Virus record (IMG/VR): IMGVR_UViG_3300005281_000072
Coordinates: 1 to 43,043 of that record
Source: a virus
Lineage: Duplodnaviria; Caudoviricetes
Reading direction: 5' to 3' (one strand)
Length of the DNA stretch: 43,043 nt
Shown: positions 26,835-37,483 of the stretch, in pieces
Numbering within the stretch: position 1 is the stretch's first letter
Layout of the letters: each line of letters opens with the position of its first letter
Made by a program: the position numbers and the translations under genes
The notes under the pieces: model-generated
Databases searched by the model: none
Seen by the model: only the letters and a program-made list of their open reading frames with translations
Told to the model about the DNA's origin: nothing

Positions 26835-27184
26835 GGTTCAACCGTCTCTTCGACATCGGCAAGCTTCGCCACCGTGTTTCCATCTACGCTGTCACCCGAA
26901 AGGATGACGGCGCTGGTGGCTTTGAACGGCAGGACCCGAGCGGTGCAACGAAGATCAACGACTACTGGGCGAATATTGAGCCAGTAAGTGCGAAGGAACG
27001 TCAGTGGGGAGAACAATTCACCGAGCTGACAACACACAAGTGCTGGCTCCGATATAACCCGTTGGTGACAGAGGGGATGATCCTGCGCTTTCGCAATGTC
27101 GACTACTATGTCGAGCAGGCGTATGATCCCGACAACCGGCAGGAGTGGCTGCTCCTCACGCTCCGTGAAGGAGGACCCATGTAA
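26831..27184 (+). CDS. Head closure / head-tail joining protein
   Basis: IGKLRHRV, DGAGG, WANIEP motifs; gene position. Confidence 0.88.
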   Translation: MRFNRLFDIGKLRHRVSIYAVTRKDDGAGGFERQDPSGATKINDYWANIEPVSAKERQWGEQFTELTTHKCWLRYNPLVTEGMILRFRNVDYYVEQAYDPDNRQEWLLLTLREGGPM

Positions 27185-27627
27185 TGCCTGCACTGACTGT
27201 CCGCGTTCGGAACCTCTCTTCGCTTCAGGCCAAGGTCAAGCGATTGGATTGGGGCATCCAGGCATCGGTCGTTGTCGCATTGCGAGGCATCGCCGGTCCG
27301 CTGGAGGAAGATGTAAAGAACAGCATCCTGACTGGGTTAAAGACTGGACGACTTGTTCGTCGATACAACCCTTTCCGCATCCATCGTGCCTCGGCACCTG
27401 GGCAGGCCCCCGCGAATGATCTAGGCATGCTGGTAGCGTCCATCGAAGCGGATGTTGATCCTCATCAGTTCAACCTCACGCTCAGCGCCGGTGCACCTTA
27501 CGCCCGTGAGCTCGAGTATGGCACACGCAACATGCTGCCGCGGCCATTCCTGCGACCAGCACTCACTCGTTGGAGAGAGCGTATCATCAACGCTATCCAC
27601 GACGCGATCAAGGGAGGTCTGTCGTGA
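27184..27627 (+). CDS. HK97 gp10-like neck/tail protein
   Basis: HRASAPGQAPA.D.G.L..SI, YA..LEYGT..M.PRPFLRPA. Confidence 0.88.
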   Translation: MPALTVRVRNLSSLQAKVKRLDWGIQASVVVALRGIAGPLEEDVKNSILTGLKTGRLVRRYNPFRIHRASAPGQAPANDLGMLVASIEADVDPHQFNLTLSAGAPYARELEYGTRNMLPRPFLRPALTRWRERIINAIHDAIKGGLS

Positions 27628-28025
27628 CTGATGCCGCACTCCAGCTGCAGACTGCCCACATTGAGGCGTTCAAGGCTGACGCAACACTCGGAACCCTTGT
27701 GGGGGATCGTATCTTCGACTACGTCCCCCGCAAGACTGAATACCCGTATATCGTCTACCATATCACGGATAGTGATGAATGGGACACTACGACCGATAAC
27801 GGAGAAGAACATGCCGTCTACATCCACGTGTTTGATGACGCGGAAGGATCAAAGAGGGCTCGCCAGATCATGCAGCGTGTCTATGACATGCTCCATGATG
27901 TCACGACCTACTCCCTGGCAAATCACAACCTGGTCAACTGCCGGCGCGTGATGCGTACCATGGAAAGGGAAGGACAACTTTACCACGGCATCGGGCTATT
28001 CCGTGCCATAACAGAGGAGACTTAA
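27624..28025 (+). CDS. Tail terminator (DUF3168-like)
   Basis: ALQLQ.A, RIFDYVP..YPYI, YHG...FRA; GTGA coupling. Confidence 0.85.
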   Translation: MTDAALQLQTAHIEAFKADATLGTLVGDRIFDYVPRKTEYPYIVYHITDSDEWDTTTDNGEEHAVYIHVFDDAEGSKRARQIMQRVYDMLHDVTTYSLANHNLVNCRRVMRTMEREGQLYHGIGLFRAITEET

Positions 28026-28028
28026 GAT

Positions 28029-28442
28029 ATGGCTGCGCAAAAGGGTAGCGATATTCTCATCAAGGTGGACAGCGACGGTCTTGGCACCTTTGTGACTATC
28101 GGCGGGATGCGCTCGAAGTCCATCTCGTTTAACGCAGAAACGGTCGACGTGTCGGACTCCGACTCTGTCAACAAGTGGCGCGAGCTGCTTGAAGGCGCGG
28201 GTCTGAAGTCGGCGACGATCACCGGCTCCGGCGTCTTCAAGGATAGTGCCGGCGAGGAAGACGTTCGCGGCTACTTCTTCACGGGTGCCATCGAGGAATA
28301 CCAGTTCATCGTCCCCGATTTCGGGACTGTGGAAGGGCTGTTCCAGGTTACCTCGCTCGACTATGCTGGCGAACACAACGGTGAGGCGACGTACTCCATG
28401 ACTTTCGAGTCCGCTGGCGAACTGACCTGGACCGCAGCATAA
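28029..28442 (+). CDS. Major tail tube protein (TP901-1 / GTA type)
   Basis: AQKG.D.LIK, FNAETVDV, WRELL.GAG, PDFG.VEG.F, YAGEHNGEATY...ESAG. Confidence 0.93.
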   Translation: MAAQKGSDILIKVDSDGLGTFVTIGGMRSKSISFNAETVDVSDSDSVNKWRELLEGAGLKSATITGSGVFKDSAGEEDVRGYFFTGAIEEYQFIVPDFGTVEGLFQVTSLDYAGEHNGEATYSMTFESAGELTWTAA

Positions 28443-28457
28443 CGGAGGGCCTGTCCT

Positions 28458-28814
28458 ATGGCAGAACTTACACTACAGAGCATCGTGGCAGCGGGTATCA
28501 AACCCACCTATGACGCGGTGAACGCTTCAGATACCGCGATCCTGAACCAGGCTCAGCGGAATTTTCTGCACGTCAAGAACGGGGGTGGTAGCTCAATCAA
28601 CGTTACCATCACCGCTCAGAAGACTTCGGCCCGTGTGCCGGGCGTCGGCGTTGTCACTATCAACAATTTGGTTGTGGCAGTACCCGCTGGCGAGGAGCGT
28701 ATGATTGGGCCGATCACCGAGGCGTATCTCGACACTGATGGTGAGGTTACTATCAGCTACTCGGATACCACGTCCGTTACTGCCGGCATCTTCTCGCTGC
28801 CCGCGGCGTATTAA
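28458..28814 (+). CDS. Hypothetical beta-rich virion protein
   Basis: GGAGG RBS; between tail tube and chaperone. Confidence 0.7.
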   Translation: MAELTLQSIVAAGIKPTYDAVNASDTAILNQAQRNFLHVKNGGGSSINVTITAQKTSARVPGVGVVTINNLVVAVPAGEERMIGPITEAYLDTDGEVTISYSDTTSVTAGIFSLPAAY

Positions 28815-28846
28815 CTGCAACCTGGTCACTCAAGGAGGATAGACCT

Positions 28847-29203
28847 ATGACCAAAGCTGCAAACCGTCAACGAGGGGAAGTCAAGATCATTGGTCCCGGG
28901 GGTGAAGAGTTCAAGCTCTGCCTCACTCTCGGGGCCATCGCTCAGATCGAGGAGGAGCTCGGCGTAGAGAGCCTTACCGAGATTGACACCGTAATGGGCA
29001 AAGCCCGCATGAAGGATGTCCTCACGATTTTCATCGCCCTGCTCCATGGTGGTGGCCACGAAGAAGTGACCCGCAAGGACATGATGAAGTGGGACGTTAC
29101 GATCAAGGAGCTCATGGAAAGCATCCGTGAGACCTTCAAGGCTGCCGGCTTCGACAGTGAAGAGGACGAGGACAAAGAAGGAGAGACCCAACCGGGAAAC
29201 TGA
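28847..29203 (+). CDS. Tail assembly chaperone (GTA gp10-like)
   Basis: ANRQRGEV..LCLTLGAIAQIE..GGG. Confidence 0.85.
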   Translation: MTKAANRQRGEVKIIGPGGEEFKLCLTLGAIAQIEEELGVESLTEIDTVMGKARMKDVLTIFIALLHGGGHEEVTRKDMMKWDVTIKELMESIRETFKAAGFDSEEDEDKEGETQPGN

Positions 29204-29418
29204 AACGCGGCCGGACTCCATGGGAATTTTGGATGAAGGTTGCTTTTGGGCACATGCGCTTTTCCTCGGATACCTTCTGGTCGTTTAGCTTGCGTGAATG
29301 GCAAGCCGCCCTGAAGGGATACATTCAGAAGGAGTATGGCGATCAAGTCCAACCCATGAGCCGGTCGCGGCTGCAACAAATGATGGAAAGGTACCCCGAT
29401 GATCGGCCGTCTTATTGA
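29194..29418 (+). CDS. Tail assembly chaperone extension reached by -1 frameshift
   Basis: GGGAAAC slippery heptamer at 29194-29200; the -1 frame is open through FWSFSLREW...LQQMMERYPD. Confidence 0.8.
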   Translation, partial: GKLKRGRTPWEFWMKVAFGHMRFSSDTFWSFSLREWQAALKGYIQKEYGDQVQPMSRSRLQQMMERYPDDRPSY

Positions 29419-31498
29419 AAGACTCTTTGTTCAGGTCCGCGCTGATCTCTCTTCACTTTCGGGCGAGCTGCAGCAGGGCGTGAGCACTACCGCGGCGGCC
29501 ACCAATCAGATGGCGAAGCAGTGGGAGATAGTAAGCCGCGCCCTCGATGGCTACGAAGCTGATCTTCGTCAGGGTATTATCACCCAGTCCCAGTTTATGA
29601 CGCAGACGAACAAGCTCATCTCCGACATGCGGGACGTAGGCATGTCCTACCGCCAGGCCCAAAAGGAGGTGTGGGGCTATGTCGCCGAACTGAGGAAGGC
29701 GCAGGCGGCTCAGGCCGTCGTCGCCGACCCCACTCCACTGCGAGCATTCACCCGTTCGGCGGGTCAGGCTCGTATGCAGATGATGAACCTCGGCTACCAG
29801 CTGAATGACATTGGCATGACGCTTGCCACGGGCATGAACCCGATGACGGTCATGATCCAGCAGGGTTCACAGATCGCTCAAATCTATGCGGGTCAGGGCG
29901 GCGTCAGTCAAGCGTTCAAGGACCTCAGCCAATTGCTGCTCAGTCTCGGTAGGCGTCTGTGGCCGCTCGCTGCGATCGCGGCTGGCTTCGGTATGCTGCA
30001 GCGGGAGATCAACAAGACTTCCGAAACCCAGGTATCCTTTATGGATACCACGAAGGCGGTGTTCCAGGTTCTCGGTCGCTACATCTGGGAGTATATCGAG
30101 GGTCCAGTCAAGGGACTACAGCAGGCGTGGAATGCCGTGCTTGACTGGATAGCCGAGAACTTCAAGGTCTTTATGAACAACGTCATCCGTGGCGGCGTTC
30201 AGTTGGTGCGTATCCTCGGCGAGACTTGGGAGCTGCTACCTCATCTGTGGCATGACACCTGGACGCTCATCAAGAATACGACCATCGACGTGGTCGAGGC
30301 GATCATTAACTTCTTCAAGGTTGACTTTGTCAACGGCGTACTGTGGGCAGTTAACAGGGCTATCCAGACATTCGATTTCGGCTACAATGCAGTAAGGATC
30401 ATTTGGGAGCAGTTTCCGGCGATCATGCGGCAGGCTATGGCTGGCGCCGTCAACTTCATCATTGATGGCGTCGAGAACATGGTCAATGTGGCTGTGGCTG
30501 GCATCAACAAGGTCATCGAAGGCCTGCAGGCTCTTATCAACTTCGTTGGCGCAGACAAGGCTTTTGAGCTATTTGGGTTCTCTGGCAATCTGCCCACACT
30601 GACTGAGGCCGACCTTGGGCAGTGGCGCATGGAGATGACCAATGCACTCGGCGACACTATGAGCCGTGTGGGTCAGCAGGCGGCGGAGTCGTTCAACAAG
30701 AGCTTCACCGATACTATCCAGGGTGAGGCGATTAGCCTTCAGGATCACAAAGGTGTTTACCGCAATGCGTTCGGTGAGCTCGGTCGTCGCATCGGCGAAA
30801 TTATGGACGAAGCTCATGGCATGGATTTCATGGGTGACTTCTTCGATGACGTCCGGGCGCAGGCGATTGAGAACGCACTGGCTCGTGTGGCAAAGGGCAC
30901 CGAGGATGTCGGCAAGGCAGCGAAGAAGGCTGCCAAAGAAGTCAAGACGCTGATGGAAACGCTCGATGAAGAGCTGACCAAGGCGGCAGAGAATTTGGCA
31001 CAGGTGTTCGGCAATGCGTTCGAGCGTCTGGCCGAGACAGGGCGCTTCACATTCTCCGACTTTATCCAGGACCTGAATAGGCTCATCATCAAGTCCACGT
31101 CGGAGCTGCTTCAGGCCGAGCTTGCCAATATGTTCAAGACCCTCACGATGTCGAGGGGCGGCCTTGGCAGCTTCTTCTCCAACCTCTTCACCAACCTGTT
31201 TGGTGGAGGCGGCTTTAATGCCTTTGGCTTTCGTGCTCGAGGCGGCGTCGAAATGCCCTGGCGTAACTTCATCGCGGGTGAGGAAGGCGCCGAACTAATC
31301 ACCCAGGATGGTCCTGCTGGTGCGCGACGTGTGATGACTGCCGGTCGCACACGTCACGTGCTGTCTGGCTCAGTTAGCGCAGCGCCTGTCATCAATATGT
31401 ATGTGCAGACGCCTGACGTTAACAGCTTCCAGAAGTCACAGTCGCAGCTTGCATCACGCATGAGCATGTTCATGGCTCGAGGACGGAGAAACCAATAA
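29399..31498 (+). CDS. Tail tape measure protein
   Basis: NLGYQLNDIG..L..G.NP..V..QQGSQI motif; helical aromatic repeats; C-terminal GEEGAEL and TPDV.SF.KSQSQ. Confidence 0.93.
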   Translation: MIGRLIERLFVQVRADLSSLSGELQQGVSTTAAATNQMAKQWEIVSRALDGYEADLRQGIITQSQFMTQTNKLISDMRDVGMSYRQAQKEVWGYVAELRKAQAAQAVVADPTPLRAFTRSAGQARMQMMNLGYQLNDIGMTLATGMNPMTVMIQQGSQIAQIYAGQGGVSQAFKDLSQLLLSLGRRLWPLAAIAAGFGMLQREINKTSETQVSFMDTTKAVFQVLGRYIWEYIEGPVKGLQQAWNAVLDWIAENFKVFMNNVIRGGVQLVRILGETWELLPHLWHDTWTLIKNTTIDVVEAIINFFKVDFVNGVLWAVNRAIQTFDFGYNAVRIIWEQFPAIMRQAMAGAVNFIIDGVENMVNVAVAGINKVIEGLQALINFVGADKAFELFGFSGNLPTLTEADLGQWRMEMTNALGDTMSRVGQQAAESFNKSFTDTIQGEAISLQDHKGVYRNAFGELGRRIGEIMDEAHGMDFMGDFFDDVRAQAIENALARVAKGTEDVGKAAKKAAKEVKTLMETLDEELTKAAENLAQVFGNAFERLAETGRFTFSDFIQDLNRLIIKSTSELLQAELANMFKTLTMSRGGLGSFFSNLFTNLFGGGGFNAFGFRARGGVEMPWRNFIAGEEGAELITQDGPAGARRVMTAGRTRHVLSGSVSAAPVINMYVQTPDVNSFQKSQSQLASRMSMFMARGRRNQ

Positions 31499-32124
31499 TG
31501 GCTTTTCACGAGGTACGTTTCCCAACCGACATTGCCTTTGGTTCCCGTGGCGGCCCAAAGCGTAAGACGATCATCGCCGTATCGGGCTCAGGTCATGAGC
31601 ACCGCAACTCCCAATGGGCGGACTCGAAGCGAGAGTACAACGCGGGGTATGGCATCAAGAGCATTGATGACATCTATACCGTCGTAGAGTTCTTCGAAGA
31701 GCGCCGAGGCATGTTGCATGGGTTCCGCTGGAAGGACAAGTTCGATTGGAAGTCCTGCGCACCCAAGCAGACGCCGGCCTACTCAGACCAGGTGATCGGT
31801 GTCGGCGACGGTATCAAGACCGAGTTCCAGCTCGTTAAGACCTATGGGTCATCCTACGCGCCCTACACTCGAGATATTCGTAAGCCTGTGCTTAACACGG
31901 TGCTGATCGGCGTCAATGGCAGTCAGATGATGTCGGGCTGGTCGGTTGACTACACGACGGGCATCGTCACCTTCGACAGCCCGCCAGCCAATGGTCACGA
32001 AATTACCGCCGGCTTCGAGTTCGACGTGCCGGTGCGCTTCGATACCGACTATTTGCAAATCGACCTGTCCGGCTTCGAGGCGGGCAACGTCCCTGACATC
32101 CCTATTGTGGAGATCCGCGTATGA
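31498..32124 (+). CDS. Distal tail protein (DUF2460, GTA g12-like)
   Basis: FHEVRFP, FFEERRG.LHGFRWKD, AGFEFDVPVRFDTD. Confidence 0.93.
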   Translation: MAFHEVRFPTDIAFGSRGGPKRKTIIAVSGSGHEHRNSQWADSKREYNAGYGIKSIDDIYTVVEFFEERRGMLHGFRWKDKFDWKSCAPKQTPAYSDQVIGVGDGIKTEFQLVKTYGSSYAPYTRDIRKPVLNTVLIGVNGSQMMSGWSVDYTTGIVTFDSPPANGHEITAGFEFDVPVRFDTDYLQIDLSGFEAGNVPDIPIVEIRV

Positions 32125-33029
32125 GAACCGATATTCCGGCAGACCTGCAAGCGCATCTCGAAACTCGTGAGACCACACTCGCCTGGTGCTGGAAGATCAC
32201 TCGTCGGGATGGCACAACGCTTGGCTTCACCAACCATGATCGTGACCTGTCCTTCGATGGCGTCACCTATGAGGCTTCCACAGGGTTCCTTGGAACGGAG
32301 ATCGAAAGTCAGCTCGGTATGGCTGTGGACAACATGGATGTCTACGGTGCTGTGGACTCAGTTCAAATCAAGGAGGAAGACCTGGAGGCCGGGCGGTATG
32401 ACAATGCCGACATCGAAGTCTACCTGGTCAATTGGCAGGACGTGTCCCAACGGGTCATCATGAAGAAGGGTAACCTCGGTGAGGTTCGCCGAGGCAAGGT
32501 AATGTTTCAGACTGAAGTTCGAGGACTGTCCCACCAACTCCAGCAGGTCAAAGGCCGACTTTATAGCTATACCTGCGATGCTCTACTCGGCGATAGTCGA
32601 TGCGCCAAAACGGGGTTGGACTCTCCCACTTTCACGGGCAACGGGACTGTGAACGGTGGCAATGGTTACTCCACCATAATCGCCAGCGGGCTTGACTCCT
32701 ACGAAAGCAAATGGTTCACTCGAGGAAAACTGACTTTCACCTCAGGAGCCAACAATGGGATCGTCCGAGAAGTAAAGTCCCATTTCTTCGACAATGGCAT
32801 TGTGTCCGTTAGCCTATGGGAACCGACACCCTTCAAGTTCGAGAATGGTGATACGTTCTCTATCCTTGCCGGCTGTGACAAGACGTTCAAAACCTGCAAG
32901 GCGAAGTTCGCCAATCAAGTTAACTTCCGGGGCTTTCCGCATATACCCGGAAGCAATACCGTGATACAATACGCCAACATAGGTGACCCTAACTTTGATG
33001 GTGGAGGAAACTTCTTTGGTAAAGACTGA
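32121..33029 (+). CDS. Baseplate hub (DUF2163, GTA g13-like)
   Basis: W.ITRRDG..LGFT.HD, CDA.LGD.RC, AGCDK....C..KF.N..NFRGFPHIPG. Confidence 0.93.
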   Translation: MRTDIPADLQAHLETRETTLAWCWKITRRDGTTLGFTNHDRDLSFDGVTYEASTGFLGTEIESQLGMAVDNMDVYGAVDSVQIKEEDLEAGRYDNADIEVYLVNWQDVSQRVIMKKGNLGEVRRGKVMFQTEVRGLSHQLQQVKGRLYSYTCDALLGDSRCAKTGLDSPTFTGNGTVNGGNGYSTIIASGLDSYESKWFTRGKLTFTSGANNGIVREVKSHFFDNGIVSVSLWEPTPFKFENGDTFSILAGCDKTFKTCKAKFANQVNFRGFPHIPGSNTVIQYANIGDPNFDGGGNFFGKD

Positions 33030-33450
33030 TGACATCATCACCATAGCAAGGTCTTGGAAGGGGACCCCTTACCATCACCAAGCTTCCGTAAAAGGGGTAG
33101 GGTGTGACTGTATCGGATTAGTTCGCGGGGTCTACCGCGAGCTTTATGGTGTCGAGCCTCCCGAACTAATCAACTACTCAGCCGACTGGGGTGACAGCAA
33201 CGGCAACGAGGAAATGGTGATGGCAGCCTATCGCTACCTCGAGCCAGTGTCGCTCGACGCGATGCAACCGGGTGACGTGATCCTAGTACGCTGGACCAAG
33301 GAACGTGTGGCCAAGCACTGTATGATCCTAACGGGAAAGGATCGTGCTATCCACGCATACAACAAAGCTCCTGTAACCGAAATTCATTTGTCAGAATGGT
33401 GGAGACGTCGCATAGTCTATGTCTTCCGGTTTCCAGAGGAGGTGAAATAA
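33016..33450 (+). CDS. NlpC/P60 cell-wall peptidase (GTA g14-like)
   Basis: ARSWKGTPYHHQAS.KGVGCDCIGLVRGV, AKH, IHAY; probable TTG start after GGAGG. Confidence 0.92.
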   Translation: MVKTDDIITIARSWKGTPYHHQASVKGVGCDCIGLVRGVYRELYGVEPPELINYSADWGDSNGNEEMVMAAYRYLEPVSLDAMQPGDVILVRWTKERVAKHCMILTGKDRAIHAYNKAPVTEIHLSEWWRRRIVYVFRFPEEVK

Positions 33451-33451
33451 A

Positions 33452-36400
33452 ATGGCCGGTCTTATTCTCGCAGGTGTCGGTGCTGCTATTGGCGGTGCAA
33501 TCGGCGGAACCTTCCTCGGGATCAGCTCAGTAGTCATTGGTCAAGCCATTGGCGCTGTCATCGGTAGTGCGATTGACAGTTACCTGTTTGCTCCGACCCT
33601 CAAGACATCACAGGAGGGACCGAGGCTTCAAGAAGCCAACGTCATGACCTCGGTCGAGGGTACTAACATCGTGAGAGGTTATGGGAGGTTTAAGGTTGCG
33701 GGCAACGTGATCTGGGCCTCGCGACTTCGTGAGGAGGTGGTAAAGGAGACTACCAAGCAAGGCGGCAAGGGTGGCGGAGGAGGCGTCGAGGTCACGACCA
33801 CCACCTATAACTATTATGCCAACTTCGCTGTCGGTCTGTGCGAAGGGGAAATCCTCAATGTCCACCGAGTATGGGCTGATGGCAAGCTCCTCGATCTTAG
33901 CGAATATACCTACCGCATCTACAAGGGAACTGAAACCCAGAACCCGGACTCCTTGATTGAAACCAAGGAAGGTGAGGGTAATGTTCCCGGTTATAGGGGA
34001 CTGGCTTATATAGTCTTCGAAGACATGCAGATTAACAAGTTTGGTAATCGCATACCGCAAATGGCTTTCGAAGTAACTCGACCGATCCGTCGAGCTGACA
34101 ACCTGGCTGTGGGTGACCTCATTACGGGTGTAGACCTGATCCCGGGAGCTACTGAGTTTGGCTATGACCCCGAAAAGGTGGAACAGGTTATTTATGGCAA
34201 TGATCCCAATAATCCGTTCTCCGGTCTCTTTCCGTTCATCCTCGAGGATAAGAGGAACATTGTCGAACGCCGGGTGGAGAATACCCACAGCAGTGACGGT
34301 CGATCTGACTGGAATCATGCGCTCGATCAGATGCAAGCGAACCTCCCTAATTGCAACATGGTAGCTCTGGTGGTCACATGGTTCGGTGATGACTTGAGGA
34401 TCGGTAATTGCACCATTCGTCCCAAGGTTGAGAATGATACGAAGATCACGGACCCCTACAGCTGGAGTGTTGCGGGTATCAAAAGGACTGAGGCTGAAAT
34501 CCTGTCCCAGATCGTTTACGAGAACGGCATCACAGGTCCTGCGTTCGGGGGTACCCCTAATGACCTATCCGTCTATAGGGCTATCAAAGACTTGAAGTCT
34601 CGGGGTTTCCAGGTGATGTTCTATCCCTTCATCATGATGGATATTCCCGCGGGGAACACGATACCCAATCCCTACAGCGATAATGCGGGAACCAATGGTC
34701 AGCCTGTGTATCCTTGGCGCGGTCGCATCACCTGCTCGCCTGCCGCTGGGTTCGCAGGCTCTGTGGATGGTACGGCGACTGCTGCCTCGCAGGTTGCATC
34801 ATTCCTCGGCACTGCCGAGGCATCCGACTTCGGCGGCTCAGGCGGCAATGTGACCTACTCCGGTCCCAATGAGTGGTCCTATCGTAGGTTCATTCTTCAC
34901 ATGGCTGAGCTCTGCCGCCAGGCGGGTGGCGTTGATTACTTCTGCATCGGCTCTGAGATGGTGGGTGCAACTAGCATCCGTGGTGCATCGAACTCCTTCC
35001 CATTCGTCACCGGCCTGATTGACCTTGCTGCCGAGGTCGCATCACTGCTGCCCTCTACTAAGCTAGGCTACGCTGCTGATTGGTCTGAGTATCACTCGTA
35101 TCGTCCGTCTGATGGCAGCGGTGACGTGTTCTTTCATCTTGATCCGCTCTGGTCCGACAGCAACATCGACTTCATTGGGATCGACAACTACTTGCCTATC
35201 TCCGACTGGCGTGATGGTGACACACACCTTGACTACCTCGCGGGCTACGACTCCATATATGACCTCGACTATCTCAAGTCGAACATCGAAGGCGGCGAAT
35301 ACTACGACTGGTTCTATGCCTCGATGAGTGATCGGATCAATCAGATCCGGACGCCAATCACTGATAGCGCCTATGGTAAGCCGTGGGTGTATCGCAACAA
35401 GGACTTCCGCAACTGGTGGGAGAACCAACACTACAACCGTCCTGGTGGCGTCGAGGAAGCATCGCCGACATCGTGGGTACCTAAGAGCAAGCCGATCCTG
35501 TTCACCGAGTATGGTTGCCCGGCACTCAACAAGGCGACGAACCAGCCGAACGTGTTCTATGATCCAAAGTCGTCGGAAAGCTTCGTGCCTTACTTCAGCT
35601 CGGGCGGACGCGATGATGAAATCCAGCGCCAGTACATTCGGGCTATGGTTGAGTATTGGAATGATAACTCAAACAATCCATCCTCAGATTTGTATGACGG
35701 TCGAATGATCGACACGGCTCGTATGTGCTACTGGGCTTATGACGCTCGACCCTGGCCGACGTTCCCAGTTGATGGTCAGACATGGGGCGATCAGCCTAAC
35801 TGGAGTTATGGTCACTGGATCAATGGCCGTATTGACACGGTCTACGTCCCCGACCTGCTGAACGAGTTGGCCGAGTATTACAACATCACCGCGAACTACG
35901 ATTTCAGTCGAGCTTATGGCTCCTGTGATGGCTTCGTGGTTTCGGGCAAGACTTCCTTCCGTTCGACAGTGGAACCTTTGGCTACGCTGTTCATGTTCGA
36001 CATCATCGAGTCCGGCGATACGCTCAAGGCTATCAGCCACCAGGAGGTTCAATCCCGAGCTACCGTAACACTCGATGATATTGCGGAGCCCCAGAGAGAT
36101 GATGGTGAACCTGTCGTGCTCATCCGTGCGCAGGAGAGCGAGCTTCCTGTGGGAATGAGCCTCAAGTTCATTGACGTATTCAACGACTACGAAGTCGCGT
36201 CGGTATCCCAACGCCGAGAAGCTACTCAGGCGGAGTCTGAACCGGCATCCGAAGCTCCTATCGTTATGGACTTTGCTCGATCCCAGCAAATTGTGGATAG
36301 ACTCCTGTATTCCGCATGGGCTCGTCGGACTACCGCGGAGTTCGGGTTGCTTCCTCAATACCTCGCCCTCGAGGCTGGCGATGTTGTCACCGTGGATGCC

Positions 36401-37483
36401 AGCGGGTTTAACCGACCCTTCAGGATTGAGTCCATCGCCGATGGTGCCTATCGACAAATTAGTGGTCGATCCTTTGACCTCGGTATCTTCCAACCCGGTG
36501 GTGGTTCTTCGAGAACTCAGGCCGGCAATCCCGAGCCTGTTGCTGCTGTTCCCATCGCAGTGTTCATGGACCTGCCGATGCTGACAAGCACTGCCGTTCC
36601 CTATCGACCCTATGTTGCTGCTTACCTTCGTCCTTTCCCGGGCGTCAACTTCTATCGCTCGATCAGTGACAGTAATTATGGTCTCGACACTACATTGCTT
36701 GGTCCTTCCGTAATCGGTGAGACTACCGACGTCTTTAACTCGGGTGTTACGGATGTGTGGGATCATACCAATGAGCTCAAGGTCAAGATCTTCTCCGGGG
36801 AGTTGGAGTCCCTGCCCGAGATCGACGTGCTCAACGGAAAGAACGCTATTGCCATCGAGAACAGTGATGGAGGCTGGGAGGTTCTTCAATTCGTTAATGC
36901 CGAGTTGACGGGAACCCGATCCTACACCTTGACTAAACTGCTCAGGGGTCAGTTGGGAACCGAGGACAACATGGAGGATAACCTACCCGCTGGGGCTCGC
37001 ATCGTACTCCTGGAGTCCACAGTGCAGCAGCTCAACCTGGGAATAAACGACATCGGTCGAGAGTACTATTACCGCTATGGTCCCGCAAATCGTGACATCG
37101 GCCATGGTACCTATCAGACGGTTCAGAAGACCTTCACCGGTCGAGGACTTCGGCCTTACTCGCCTGTTCATGTCCGAGGCGTTGATGATGGCGCAGGCAA
37201 CATCATTATCTCTTGGATCAGGCGCACTCGTATTAACGGCGACAGTTGGGACTACATCGATGACGTACCGCTCAATGAGGCCTTCGAACGGTACGAGGTG
37301 GACGTGCTTGATAGCAGTGATACTGTTGTCAGAACTCTGACCGTGACAGATGCCACCCAAGTAACGTATACTGCCGCACAGCAGGTCACTGATGGCATCA
37401 GCACTCCGTTCGATGTCATTGTCTATCAGATAAGCGATCAAGTGGGTCGCGGTATTGGAAGAAGGGCTACGATCAATGGCTAA
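33452..37483 (+). CDS. Baseplate 'megatron' / host-specificity protein (GTA g15-like, TIM-barrel)
   Basis: EGPRL, YRGLAYIVFE, FGGTPND, YPWRGRIT, YAADWSEY, GIDNYLP.SDWRDG, WIRRTR. Confidence 0.95.
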   Translation: MAGLILAGVGAAIGGAIGGTFLGISSVVIGQAIGAVIGSAIDSYLFAPTLKTSQEGPRLQEANVMTSVEGTNIVRGYGRFKVAGNVIWASRLREEVVKETTKQGGKGGGGGVEVTTTTYNYYANFAVGLCEGEILNVHRVWADGKLLDLSEYTYRIYKGTETQNPDSLIETKEGEGNVPGYRGLAYIVFEDMQINKFGNRIPQMAFEVTRPIRRADNLAVGDLITGVDLIPGATEFGYDPEKVEQVIYGNDPNNPFSGLFPFILEDKRNIVERRVENTHSSDGRSDWNHALDQMQANLPNCNMVALVVTWFGDDLRIGNCTIRPKVENDTKITDPYSWSVAGIKRTEAEILSQIVYENGITGPAFGGTPNDLSVYRAIKDLKSRGFQVMFYPFIMMDIPAGNTIPNPYSDNAGTNGQPVYPWRGRITCSPAAGFAGSVDGTATAASQVASFLGTAEASDFGGSGGNVTYSGPNEWSYRRFILHMAELCRQAGGVDYFCIGSEMVGATSIRGASNSFPFVTGLIDLAAEVASLLPSTKLGYAADWSEYHSYRPSDGSGDVFFHLDPLWSDSNIDFIGIDNYLPISDWRDGDTHLDYLAGYDSIYDLDYLKSNIEGGEYYDWFYASMSDRINQIRTPITDSAYGKPWVYRNKDFRNWWENQHYNRPGGVEEASPTSWVPKSKPILFTEYGCPALNKATNQPNVFYDPKSSESFVPYFSSGGRDDEIQRQYIRAMVEYWNDNSNNPSSDLYDGRMIDTARMCYWAYDARPWPTFPVDGQTWGDQPNWSYGHWINGRIDTVYVPDLLNELAEYYNITANYDFSRAYGSCDGFVVSGKTSFRSTVEPLATLFMFDIIESGDTLKAISHQEVQSRATVTLDDIAEPQRDDGEPVVLIRAQESELPVGMSLKFIDVFNDYEVASVSQRREATQAESEPASEAPIVMDFARSQQIVDRLLYSAWARRTTAEFGLLPQYLALEAGDVVTVDASGFNRPFRIESIADGAYRQISGRSFDLGIFQPGGGSSRTQAGNPEPVAAVPIAVFMDLPMLTSTAVPYRPYVAAYLRPFPGVNFYRSISDSNYGLDTTLLGPSVIGETTDVFNSGVTDVWDHTNELKVKIFSGELESLPEIDVLNGKNAIAIENSDGGWEVLQFVNAELTGTRSYTLTKLLRGQLGTEDNMEDNLPAGARIVLLESTVQQLNLGINDIGREYYYRYGPANRDIGHGTYQTVQKTFTGRGLRPYSPVHVRGVDDGAGNIIISWIRRTRINGDSWDYIDDVPLNEAFERYEVDVLDSSDTVVRTLTVTDATQVTYTAAQQVTDGISTPFDVIVYQISDQVGRGIGRRATING

